64,000 nt of DNA from NCBI GenBank assembly GCA_964016885.1, contig OZ024742.1, positions 242,668,001-242,732,000 of the forward strand, in the 5' to 3' direction. The stretch is from Eledone cirrhosa (lineage: Eukaryota). Both the position numbers and the translations under genes were made by a program. A model generated the notes under the pieces. That model was not told the origin of the DNA and did no database searches. It saw only the letters and a program-made list of their open reading frames with translations. Position 1 is the stretch's first letter. The number at the start of each line of letters is the position of its first letter. This document shows positions 53,790-64,000 of the stretch, one piece after another.

Positions 53790-56748
53790 TCTTATTTCTG
53801 TATGTTGGTGGTGGGGGGACGAAGAAACAAGTGTATGTGGCGAAGAAAAAGAAGGGGGCATTTGTGGTTCAAGTGTCACTGTGTCAGTGTCCAGATTGGC
53901 TCGTTTGAGGCGATCAACGGAAATAGTTTCCCTGAAGCCCCTAATGTCCACTGTGAAATGTTTCTCTGTACGAGCAAGCACACGATAGGGGCCAGAGTAC
54001 GGCCGTGTGAGAGGGGGTCTCACAGTGTCGTCCCTAACGAACACACGTGTCCACAAGGCAATATCCTTTGGGACGGCAGTTTTTACAGTTTGCTTCCTAG
54101 TGTCCATCGGTGGTAAATCCTGGAAGTAAGAATGAAGCCGGGACACGTAGGAAGCAGGATCCTGCGAAGCAAGATCAACAGGAGCAAGCATTTGCCCCGG
54201 TAACGCAAGAGGAGCACCATAAATTTATTCGGCCGGGGAGAACCCAAGGTCCACCTTTATTGTCGACCGAATACCTAACAACACAATAGGTAGGTACTCA
54301 CTCCAACGTGAAGAGTCCATTGAAGCCCTTAAAGAGGCTTTAAGCTGTCTGTGAAATCTTTCCACCATTCCGTTTGATGCTGGATGATATGCCGTGGTTC
54401 TTATGCGAGTAGCGCCAATAATGTGTGTTAATTCACGGAAGAGGTTAAATTCAAATTGACGACCGCGGTCTGTTGTTATTGTGGTTGGTACTCCAAAACG
54501 AGCGATCCATGCAGATATGAGAGTACGCGCTGTCGTTTCAGCAGTGATGTCTGTCATAGGGATGGCTTCAGGCCAACGTGAAAAACGGTCAACGATCGTC
54601 AAAATATACGAATAACCACGACTAATCGGCCACGGGCCGACGATGTCTACATGAATGTGACGAAATCTGGCATCAGGACAGGTGAAAGTTCCGAGAGGAG
54701 TTTTAACGTGCTTATGAACTTTTGACTTTTGGCAAGGACACAGGAACGGCACCAAGCAGCAATGTCACGTCTCATATCAGGCCAGAAAAATCTGGCTGTT
54801 ATGAGTTTTACCGAGGCTGTAGCTCCTGGGTGAGAAATGCCATGCAAAGCGAGAAATACAGTTCGTCGATGACCAACTGGGACGAGAGGTCGTGGTGAGT
54901 CCAACGAGATATCACAAAGTATCTGTCCGTCAGCGGTTGATAAAGGAAGGTATTTACATTTCTAAGTCCGAAAGGCATAGTGAGGAACTCGAATGCTCCG
55001 AAAGGAGTGGCAATAGCAGTCTTAGGAATATCGTCCTTGTTAACCGGGATTTGATTATAAGCGCGGACCAAATCAAGCTTCGAAAAGACCTCGCACCCCT
55101 GCAATGACGATGCGAAATCCTGCAAATGCGGGATTGGGTAACGGTCGGGCACAGTAATCGCGTTTAAGCGTCGGGAGTCACCCGTCGGTCTCCAATCACC
55201 AGAAGATTTAAGTACCATATGTAGAGGCGATGCCCAAGGACTTGTGGAACGCCGAATTATTCCTAATTCCAGCATGTGGTCGAATTCAGACCGTGCAGCT
55301 TTCAACTTCTCTGCAGATAATCTTCGAGGACGTGAGAAAACAGGTGGACCTGTAGTGGATATAAAGTGTTCATTCACATGATCCGGACTAGCAATTCGTA
55401 ATCTTCCTTGCGTCAGCTGTGGGAATGATTTTAACAAACTGTGATACTGGTTGCCCACTTCAGCCAAGAGAAAAGCAGGGCTTACTGTGGCGATCTCCGG
55501 CTTTGTACCCTCGAACGATAGGCCTGTATTAGCATCAAAAAGTCGTTGTCTGCAGATGTCAATCGACAAGGAAAAATGGTGGAGAAAATCCGCTCCCAAA
55601 ATGGCGTATGGCAAGTCGGCGATAGTAAACTTTCACTTCAATTCACGACGCAAATTTTTTAACCGAAGAGGAAGCGAAATTTGCCCGTACGTTCGAATGG
55701 CCGTGTGGTTGACTGCTCGTAAATTTATATTTGATTCAGATGGGGGTTTTTTGAGATAACTGACTGGCCAAATACTCAGCGACGCGCCAGTATCGACAAG
55801 GAAAAATTTTTTCGACCGCAGGTCGTATACGAAAAGATGGCGGTTCGGTCGATTTTCCCAGAGTTCACTAGCCGCCTCTAGTGGCTCTGCTTTTGCGTTT
55901 TCCGATCTCTTGTAATTACAGGGCGTGCGACAACGTTGTGCCCTACTGCCGAAGTTAGCATGATACCAACAAAACGAAGAATTATTGTTGTCTGCGTTGT
56001 AGTGCTGGCGAGGAATAGAAGACGGCGGCGAACGGTACACGTAGCGGTTTCGAGGAATAGCAGACGGAGGCGAACGGTACTCGTAGCGGTTTCGAGGAAT
56101 AGCAGACGAAGGCGAACGGTACCTCAAACGTTGAGAAGGCTCTCTGTGTTGTACGGTCAAATCCTCCACTTTTTGGGTGAGCGCTTCGATCATCTCCAAC
56201 AGTTTGCTGTCGGCCACAGAAGAATTGCGTGGGGGAACAGAAGAAGAGGCCACACAAGGATTATGCCGACTGCTGTTAGAGTCCACCTCTAGTATTCTAT
56301 CCGCGGATGCGGCAAGTTGATCTAACGATTCCCTCTCCAAATTATTGACCAAGACCATCTGCGCACTTGGCGGTAAACGAGAGAAAAATAGTTGTTTGAG
56401 GAATGGGGTGTCCATCCCCTGGGAGTCGCTCAATTCCCGCAGATGTCGCAAATAGGAGCTTGGCGTCCTGTCACCCATTTACGCATCATCTAACAATTCC
56501 CGAAAACGACTTTCCGCTGACTTGGTATTCCTCCGAATAATTTCCCCTTTCAACGAGCCATAAGTAATGTCTGCGGCTAAATTGGTTACCACATCCTTCA
56601 CGGAATATGCCAACGACACAGGCAAGCCACTAACTAGTACCTTCAGTTTATGCTGTTCTTTGGTTTTGGTTAAATCAAAATAGCATTCAAACTGCAAAAA
56701 TCATAACTTAATGTCGCCTGCGAAGGACGGCAAATGATGTTGATTCAT
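53790..56748 (-). pseudogene. Gypsy gag-pol, disrupted
   Basis: gag (GDRTPS, CWYH..FG..A..C..PC), protease [33 protein letters not shown], integrase [34 protein letters not shown]. Confidence 0.92.
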
Positions 56749-57125
56749 GATGCCCAAAGATTTGATGAATTTTTAAGGCCAAATTATTTCTTCGAAGCAG
56801 CTATGCGACCAAAAAATGACACTGGAATCCAAAATCTTATTCACGCGAATTCAACTGAAATTCTTTTTGAAAATTCTCGCCGGCCAAAATAAAATTTGCA
56901 TAATAAAAAAAAAATTATTTTCCATGAAAATTATTTGGTAAGAAAATCCCAAGATGGCCGATTGAAAAATGTGTTTGTGATGAAGAAGCCGTCACGTGGC
57001 ACGATGCAGCTAATCAGATGGCTGGGATTGAAGAAGACAAGCTGTACGCGGTAAAACAAAATTTTTGAGTCTCCATTTTGTTATTTTAACAGAAGGTTGA
57101 AAGCAAAATTTTATATCCAGAGAAA

Positions 57126-57162
<37 letters not shown>

Positions 57163-57424
57163 AGAAGTTGATGCAAAAGGAAAAATATTGTTCACTCAAA
57201 GACAAGATACCAAACAACAACGGGCCTGAATTCCATATATATATATGTGCAGCGTCGCACTCTTTGTTCTTAAAATAAATATCATTGTTGATAAAACGCT
57301 GGATGAGTTGTGATAATTTTTTTTTATTTTTATCTAACTATGCTTGCAAGGCAGGTCAGAAGGAGATACAATTCAGCAATACAGAAGAATTTTAAACACA
57401 GAAGAATTTAAAAAGTTGTTCTTA

Positions 57425-57437
57425 GTCGGGGTCACCA
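57425..57437 (-). promoter_or_regulatory. Primer binding site, complementary to tRNA-Trp 3' end
   Basis: TGGTGACCCCGAC, 1 nt after the 5' LTR. Confidence 0.8.
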
Positions 57438-57438
57438 A

Positions 57439-57865
57439 TAAAGAAAAATGATATATCGTCCAGGTGTGTTAACGACATCTCATCTCTCTAAAATTATTAA
57501 TTAAAACAGAAGGGCTTTAACGATAACAAGGCTAATCTTTTATTAAATTATTCATTTAATAAAACATGACATAATAATTACATTCATAGGACATACCCTG
57601 CAAGCTAAATGGCAATGGCTTAATTCTTACATTCAAGAAGAGATATGGAAATGTCTTGGTCAAAAACAGGCGTTTTCACAAAGTACGTCCACGTAGCAGG
57701 ACAAAGGCGACTGGAATTGAAAACCAAATCTCTTGAGTTTTACATTGGCGTCTCTTCTTTTAGAGAACGCCGAGATAAGGGAAGTAATTCGCTATTTTCT
57801 TGTGTTACCCACAGGTGGCGACACTGCGTTGCTATAGTCAACACACTGTCGCCATAGTTACTACA
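57439..57865 (-). repeat. Gypsy 5' LTR
   Basis: Direct repeat of 52842-53268; TG...TA termini. Confidence 0.95.
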
Positions 57866-58271
57866 AAACCGTCGGTAACAGCAATGGAATAGGTGATTAT
57901 TTAAATCGTTTTTTAATTTATTTAGAGAATTGTTTAATAACCGCTTGCTTGGCTACTTTTTATATTGTTCTGGCATCTCGAATTAGTACCATTGAACCAC
58001 AAGTATTATAAACAACTTGAATATTTCTACAAGTACATTGTAACTGTTGAGGTATTCATCCACTTTTATAATTTTTCTCCTTATGTAGAGAACAAAACGT
58101 TGAATAATGCTGCTAATTTTACTGGCAATATCAACATGTTTATAATATACAGCTATTATCAGCGACCTGATTTTGCGTGTGTGTCATTTTAACGGCTTGA
58201 CCGCAATGCGTTGGGCAGGAAGCAAAATATTTACTCTCTATGGGGCTTGCAAACTTATGGTGTGGAAATAG

Positions 58272-58352
58272 GCTGTCTGAAGATTCATTTCTTTCCATTG
58301 GAAATTCTCTGGATATCCAATCTTTAGGAATGATGAAACCGTCGGTAACAGC
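58272..58352 (+). ncRNA. Type I hammerhead ribozyme with long stem II
   Basis: GCTGT-CTGAAGA-T-TCATT...AATGA-T-GAAA-CCGTCGG-TA-ACAGC. Confidence 0.88.
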
Positions 58353-58544
58353 AATGGAACAGGTGATTATTTAAATCGTTTTTTAATTTATTTAGAGAAT
58401 CGTTTAATAACCGCTTGCTTCGCTACTTTTTATATTGTTCTGGCATCTCGAATTAGTACCATTGAACCACAAGTATTATAAACAACTTGATTATTTCTAC
58501 AAGTACATTGTACCTGTTGAGGTATTCATCCACTTTTATATTAT

Positions 58545-58605
<61 letters not shown>

Positions 58606-58642
58606 TATATATATGTATATATATATATATGTATGTGTGTGT

Positions 58643-58683
<41 letters not shown>

Positions 58684-58684
58684 T

Positions 58685-58757
58685 GTTTCTACTTTTGACA
58701 CAAGGCCAGCAATTACCCAATGCATTACTGGTACTTTATTCTATCGACCCCGGAAGG
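58685..58757 (-). mobile_element. 3' 70 nt of the tRNA-SINE fused to the Tx1-A2 3' UTR
   Basis: Reverse complement matches 36530-36592; followed on minus by (ATT)n at 58645-58684. Confidence 0.85.
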
Positions 58758-58983
58758 GTTTACATAAAGTAGACATTAAGGACAGTACAGGACAATACAG
58801 GACGGTACAAATGGGCATTTCTGCGTGTAAAAAACAAAAGCAAAGGATGTAACAAAAAATAACAATGAAATATTCCCCAATAGGGGGAGACTTCCGAGGG
58901 ACATTTGTGGCGAAAGCCCATTAAAAGGCCACAGTGACACTGACCACCAGGGCAAGTGCCCTCTCCCAGTTGTCCACCTTTAA

Positions 58984-61900
58984 TTTACAGACACATACTC
59001 AGAGTAGGCCCATTCACTTCTTGCTTCTCTCACCCATCTTTCAACAAAATGCTGGGAAGAGAGCACATCCCTCTCTACCCTGATTTTCCTTTTCAAATGA
59101 AATTTGAAAAAGTTAATCAGGGCATCACCGAAGAGGTAAGTGCTCGTCTTCAGCCCTTTCAAACGTTTCCAGCAGGTGTTCTACATAAACCCACAAGTCA
59201 GCAATGTTCGGACATTGGACGAGTGCGTGCGGGACGGTTTCGTCGCCCTGCGCGCATCTCGGACATGCCCGTAGAGTTTATCCTGAACTGGCAAAGCTCT
59301 TCGGTAGCACTGCCAGGCCAGGGTTTTCTGGAAGTTGTCCATAGGCCCCGGCCCGAAATTCTTCCGAATAGATTGGCTAGTTGATTTTCGTCGACGCCTA
59401 GAGTTTCCCCAAGTACGTCATCGCTCTTCCCCTCCACTAATCCTCTATAGAACGCCAAGGTGGAGTTTCCAGCGATCACATTGCCCGATTGGTCGAGAGT
59501 TATGAGCGCCTGAAGACATTCCAGTCCCCAAGCGCTCCCTCTCGGTCTTCGCTTGACCCAGGACTGCAACTCCGTCAAGGAGGCGAGCTGGGGAAAGACG
59601 CGTCTAGCAAACGGTGACCACACCTGATCACCATCGAGGAAGAGGTGGAGATGTCGTAGCCTGAGCACGTGCCTGCGCATCATCAGCCACGGCATGCCCA
59701 GCCCTCCACGTAGCGGGTGTTGACAGCAGATGGACTTCCTGACCATCGGAGCGCGTCCCTTCCCAAAAAAGCGAAAGAGCAAACGATCCAGCGCAGTCAG
59801 GCGGAGCTTAGGACAAGGTACGACGGTCAGGCGGTAGTACATGACGGACGCGATATACGCGTTAGCCACCTCCGCTCGACCTTTCAGGCATAGCTTCCTC
59901 TCCGCCCATTTCTGGGTGAGAGAAGCCACCCTGCTCGTCACCTCGTCCCAGTTTTTGTCCATCTGGAAGTCCGGACCGAAACAGACTCCTAGCAATTTTT
60001 CCGGTCCGTCCGTCCAGCGCCCGACGACGTTGTTGGACGGCATGGACCTGCCTCTCCAGGTGTTGAGTTGCAGGCCCACTGACTTTTCCTGGTTGATCAT
60101 TGCTCCTGTCACCGCTTCGTATTCTCTTAGTGTAGTGCCGATCGCCTCGATGTGCTTGGCGTTCGACACCACTACGGTGACATCGTCCGCATATGCTGAC
60201 ACGTATCTTCCGCGTCCTAGTTCGCGAGGGAACCCCCTCAACGTCTCCAGTTTGTGCAGTAATGGCTCGAGAGTCAATACGTACAAGAGGGACGAGAGGG
60301 AACATCCTTGGCGGACGGAGCGCATGATGTTGAACGGTTCCGAAAGGTGACCGTTCACTCTCCCCACAGAGCAGATGTCACTGTGCATGGCAGCGATCCA
60401 GCCTGAAGACGGGTCCAAAGCCAGCCGCCTTCAGGACTGCCGCTAGGTAACGATGGTCGACCATATCGAAAGCTTTCGACTGATCTAAATTGATCAAGGA
60501 CCCATCTGTGCCAGGTTCCCTAGCTACCCTCTCTGCGATGTATCGCATGAGGTGGAGGTTGTCGTGGATGGATCTGTCGGGAATGGCGCATGTCTGCGCC
60601 TCTCCCACCAGACCACCAACGACAAGTGCCAACCTCTTTGCTAGCACCTTGGCCAAAATCTTGAAATCTGTGTTTAGCAGGGTTATGGGCCTGAAATTAT
60701 CTATCTTATCCCTCTTGTTCGGATCCTTTCTCAGCAGCGCCACCGCTCCTCGGCTCACAGTGCTGGGAATTCTCCCATTCTGTTGCCAGTTGCAGTAGAC
60801 GTCCGCCAAGAGGCCTCCGAACAAGTCTGTCATCTGTACGTAATGTTCATAAGGCAGACCATCCAAACCAGGCGATTTACCCCTTGTGCAGCCAGTCATT
60901 GCCTCCCGTACTTCAGCGGCTGTTATCGGCTTTTCGCAACGTTCCGCCTCAGTGGCCGAGAGCCGCGGCAGTACGTCGAGGTAGACACTAAAGTCCATCC
61001 CTCGATCCGGCCCGCCGCTGCCCCCGAACAGCTGAGCGAAGTGTCGCTGAAAAGCTTTATACATTTTCCCGGGATCGAGTAGCATGCGCCCGTTTTAGTC
61101 CACCAAAGAGCGGATCGTGGCTTTGTTGCCACGACGCGCCTCCGCCATTCGAGCCCATTGAACGGCTTTCGTCCCCTCATGTCTGAGAGCACGCATCCTA
61201 GCTCCGACAATGCAGCCTTCGTGCTTTGCATTTAAGAATTGGTCAAGGGCCAATTTCGCCGCAAGTACGTCGGTGCCGATGCCTTTGCTAAGCGACTCGT
61301 CTAATTTTCTAACTAGTTCTCCCTCTGCTCTATTTTTCTCTATAGCTAAAGCCTTACTAAACCTAATTGACTCTATTCTAATTGCTCTTTTCAGAGCAAA
61401 CTACCACTTGTTGTTGACGATGGCCCCCGTCAACGTTCGCTTAACTAGTTCGCTAATCCGGTTTCTGTAGGCCTTGCACGCTGGTAAGGACGCGTTTAGC
61501 TTCCAGTAGCCGGGTCCTCGTCTATGAAGCCTATCTAAGTCAATCAAACAGATCCCGAATTTGTGGTCCGTGTAGCTGACTATCTTGAATTGTGGACAGC
61601 TTATGCTAGACATATCTATTTCCCTACAAAATACTCTATCTAGATATGATCTGGATGACCCTGTGCGATTTCTCCAAGTCCACATTGGCACATTCGGGAA
61701 ATCCAATCGGTACTTGTCAGACAGTTCAAAGCGCCTGAGCAGGTTGGTGAGGCTCTTGCACCCTCCTCCCCTATCCGCAAATCCCACACAGTCCCAGCGT
61801 GCATCTAAGATCCCGTTCCAGTCGCCCACTAACACTAACGAACGGGACGTTCCTAGAAAGGTCTCCAGACGCCGGAAGAAATCAGGCCGCCCTGCTCCTG

Positions 61901-62243
61901 TCGGGGCATAGACGGCCACTAGCCTGAAAGCTTGCCCGTCTCCGCTGGTCACGTCCAGCACCACCAACTTACCCTCTGGGTCCAGGAAGATTGCCCGTAT
62001 GGCGAGATCCAAATCTCTCCGAAAAAGCACAGCAACTCCTCCCCCCGATCCAGGACGGCTGGGAGATGCGTACACATCGTAGCCGCCGAAGATCGGTGCG
62101 AAGGCCCGTGCTTCGGAGATTCTGGTCTCGCTGATGGCCACTACATCTATGTTTAGTGACCTGAGATCGTTGAGCAGGTGGCCCTGCTTCCACGACGACC
62201 CCAAGCCACGCGCATTTATGCTGCCTATTCTGAGTGAGGTCAT
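58984..62243 (-). pseudogene. Tx1-A2 ORF2, frameshifted with C-terminal deletions
   Basis: ORF-track fragments 61401-62243, 60378-61085 and 59198-60418 carry APE and RT motifs. Confidence 0.9.
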
Positions 62244-62277
62244 GTTGAAATGGAGTGGAAAAGATGGGAAAGACCAC

Positions 62278-64000
62278 TTACCTTACTTCTCGTAGAGGAA
62301 GGATGGTTTCTCCATCCCTTGTCACTTGATTGTCCGGTGAAGGCACCGTTGAATCGTCCCTTCGGCTAGTCGTCGGCTCTTCTGTGAGTATATCCGAATA
62401 TACTCTCCGGTTGAGTGTCCCCCTAGGTCTCTGAAATCACCAACTAGGTTGGGGAATTTCATTTTAGTGTTTGTGTATTGTTTCTGTGCTATTCTTAGTA
62501 TTCTTATGTTCGTTGGTGTTTTGATTGGTGCTGGTATTATGTAGTCGTGCTGTGAAATGTCTGTGTGTTCAATTATGTAAGTCATTAGTTTCTTGTTGTG
62601 TGTATTTATTGCTGTGCATTTCTTTTTCTGGGGGTGGGGTGTGGTTCTGATATTTTCTTGTCGTTGTTGCTGGGTGTGTGTGTTTTGTTGTTGTGTTTGC
62701 GATGTTGGTGCTTGTGGTGGTGGTGTTGAAGGTGTTGTTGTTGTTGGCGGTGGAGTTGCCGCCGGTGGTGATGGTGGTGCTAGTGTGGGTTGTGATGGTG
62801 TTGGTGGTGTTGCTGCTATAAGTCTCTTTGCAGTAGCCTTTACCCTTTTTTCATTTCTTCCCTCCCTTTTCGAAGGCGACGATGCGCTGCTTCTGCGTTT
62901 GTGCCTTCTTGCGACCTTTTGCCATCCCTCTCCCACCTCATACTCCATGTCTGATTCTGTGAGGTCGGGGAGGGGTACCAGCTCCACTCTTTCACTTGTT
63001 CTTGTTGGTGATGGTTGCAGTGGAGTCTCTGTTGCAGCTGCAGTTGGTATTACTGTTGTTGTTGTTAATACTTCCACTGCTGCTGCTGTTCTTGATTTCC
63101 GTGGCGCGGGTAGGGTACAACCGACCTATCCTTCCTGCTTTCCGCCTGTCTTGTTGCTGGTAGCAATGGAGCCGGTTTCGGAAGGAGGGGTGTTTTCTCC
63201 TTTCTCAGGGTCTTCTCATTGCAGAAGGCCCTGAGGTGAGGCTTCGACCCACAGCGAAAGCATTTCGGGCGTTTGCCCTCAACACTTATGGGCTGTTGAG
63301 TGCCGTTATCGAAGTCTATCACATCCGGGATAGTTTCGATGCACTCCTGGTTGGTTTGAATTAACATCTCAATAGAGGTGCCTACCCAATCTTCTCGTAC
63401 TTTTTTCTGTACTTGCAGTACAGTTGTTTTGTCCTCGATTCCGACGAGGACAGACGCGACCAACCAAGAAGGGGCCATCTCGGGTAGGACGTGGGTCAGT
63501 TTGACCCTCATAATTTTTTCTCCGCAGTAGGAGGGCACCAACACCATTTCCTCTCTCCTTAGGGTCACTAAGGATTGAGCCTTTTCCTCCTGGGGTGTGG
63601 TAAAAAGCAAGTCCACGGTGGCATATTTCTTGCCTCGGGTGATATGCGTTTTCCGCTTCCACACAGACCCTAAGACTTTTTGTATTTGAGCCTCTGTGGC
63701 TCTTTCAACCCTACGGGATTTTGTGCTTACTGTGCGGTACGTGACCGTACAGTGCTATTGGGTTTCGAAATATTTTTCGGCTACCTTGCAGATTGCTCGG
63801 TGTCCGGTTTTCGTCACCATCTTCTTTGCTTCCTGTAATTCCTCATTTGTTATAAGGATGGTTTCCAGGTTCTTTGCGATACCTGCAAACGAGATTGGTT
63901 TTTCTTTCTTGTTGTTGTTGTTGTCGTCAGAGCTGCTGTTACTTTTGTTGTTGCTGCTGGTACTACGACTGCCGCCGCTGTTGATGTGGTTGTTGTTGTT
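62278..64000 (-). pseudogene. Tx1-A2 ORF1, frameshifted, incomplete
   Basis: Fragments 63065-63664 and 62322-63077 homologous to A1 ORF1. Confidence 0.8.

Larger units (their letters stand above)
52842..57865 (-). mobile_element. Ty3/Gypsy LTR retrotransposon, internally deleted
   Basis: Two 427-bp LTRs, 4-bp TSD AAAC (52838-41 and 57866-69), PBS, PPT-like GGTCGGAGGTGAT (53269-53281), gag-PR-RT-IN order. Confidence 0.95.
52594..58540 (+). mobile_element. ORF-less HHR-containing tandem repeat (470-bp unit, ~1.6 copies plus inverted 5' part), split by the Gypsy insertion
   Basis: 52594-52736 is an inverted copy; 52741-52841 plus 57870-58069 repeats at 58239-58540; (TA)n flanks. Confidence 0.8.
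58754..64000 (-). mobile_element. Tx1-A copy 2 (5' end beyond the window)
   Basis: 3' UTR and ORF2 highly similar to 4144-7870; ORF1 knuckle CFRCGSKPHLRAFC. Confidence 0.9.

Noticed and set aside
56005-56125. Regularly spaced repeats resembling a CRISPR array
   Set aside because: Contiguous 42-bp in-frame coding repeats without unique spacers; eukaryotic context, no cas genes
53048-57857. Duplicated 70-aa ORF at 53048 and 57645
   Set aside because: Antisense frame within the two LTRs; duplication is explained by the LTRs

Overview
AT-rich, microsatellite-dense eukaryotic DNA made almost entirely of transposable elements. No host gene is supportable. The tRNA-derived SINE family and repeat style suggest a coleoid cephalopod such as Octopus (inference). 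Contents: one intact RLE-type (R4/Dong-like) non-LTR element with a 1216-aa ORF, plus fragments of a second RLE family; four Tx1/L1-clade two-ORF elements in two families; at least four Penelope-like elements (PLEs) with inverted or tandem pseudo-LTRs carrying minimal hammerhead ribozymes (HHRs); ORF-less HHR repeats resembling retrozymes; a Ty3/Gypsy element with two 427-bp LTRs inserted in an HHR catalytic core; four ~600-bp bipartite non-autonomous RTE derivatives; about nine tRNA-SINE copies; a hAT MITE; and a probable orphan LTR. Most notable: (1) each retroelement family occupies a particular microsatellite type; (2) all four Tx1 copies have a splice donor at the ORF1 stop and a candidate acceptor at the ORF2 stop; (3) the SINE and Tx1 3' ends look alike, and one SINE/Tx1 chimera is present; (4) there are pseudoknotted or covarying RNA structures at the 5' ends of the Dong-like and RTE-derived elements.
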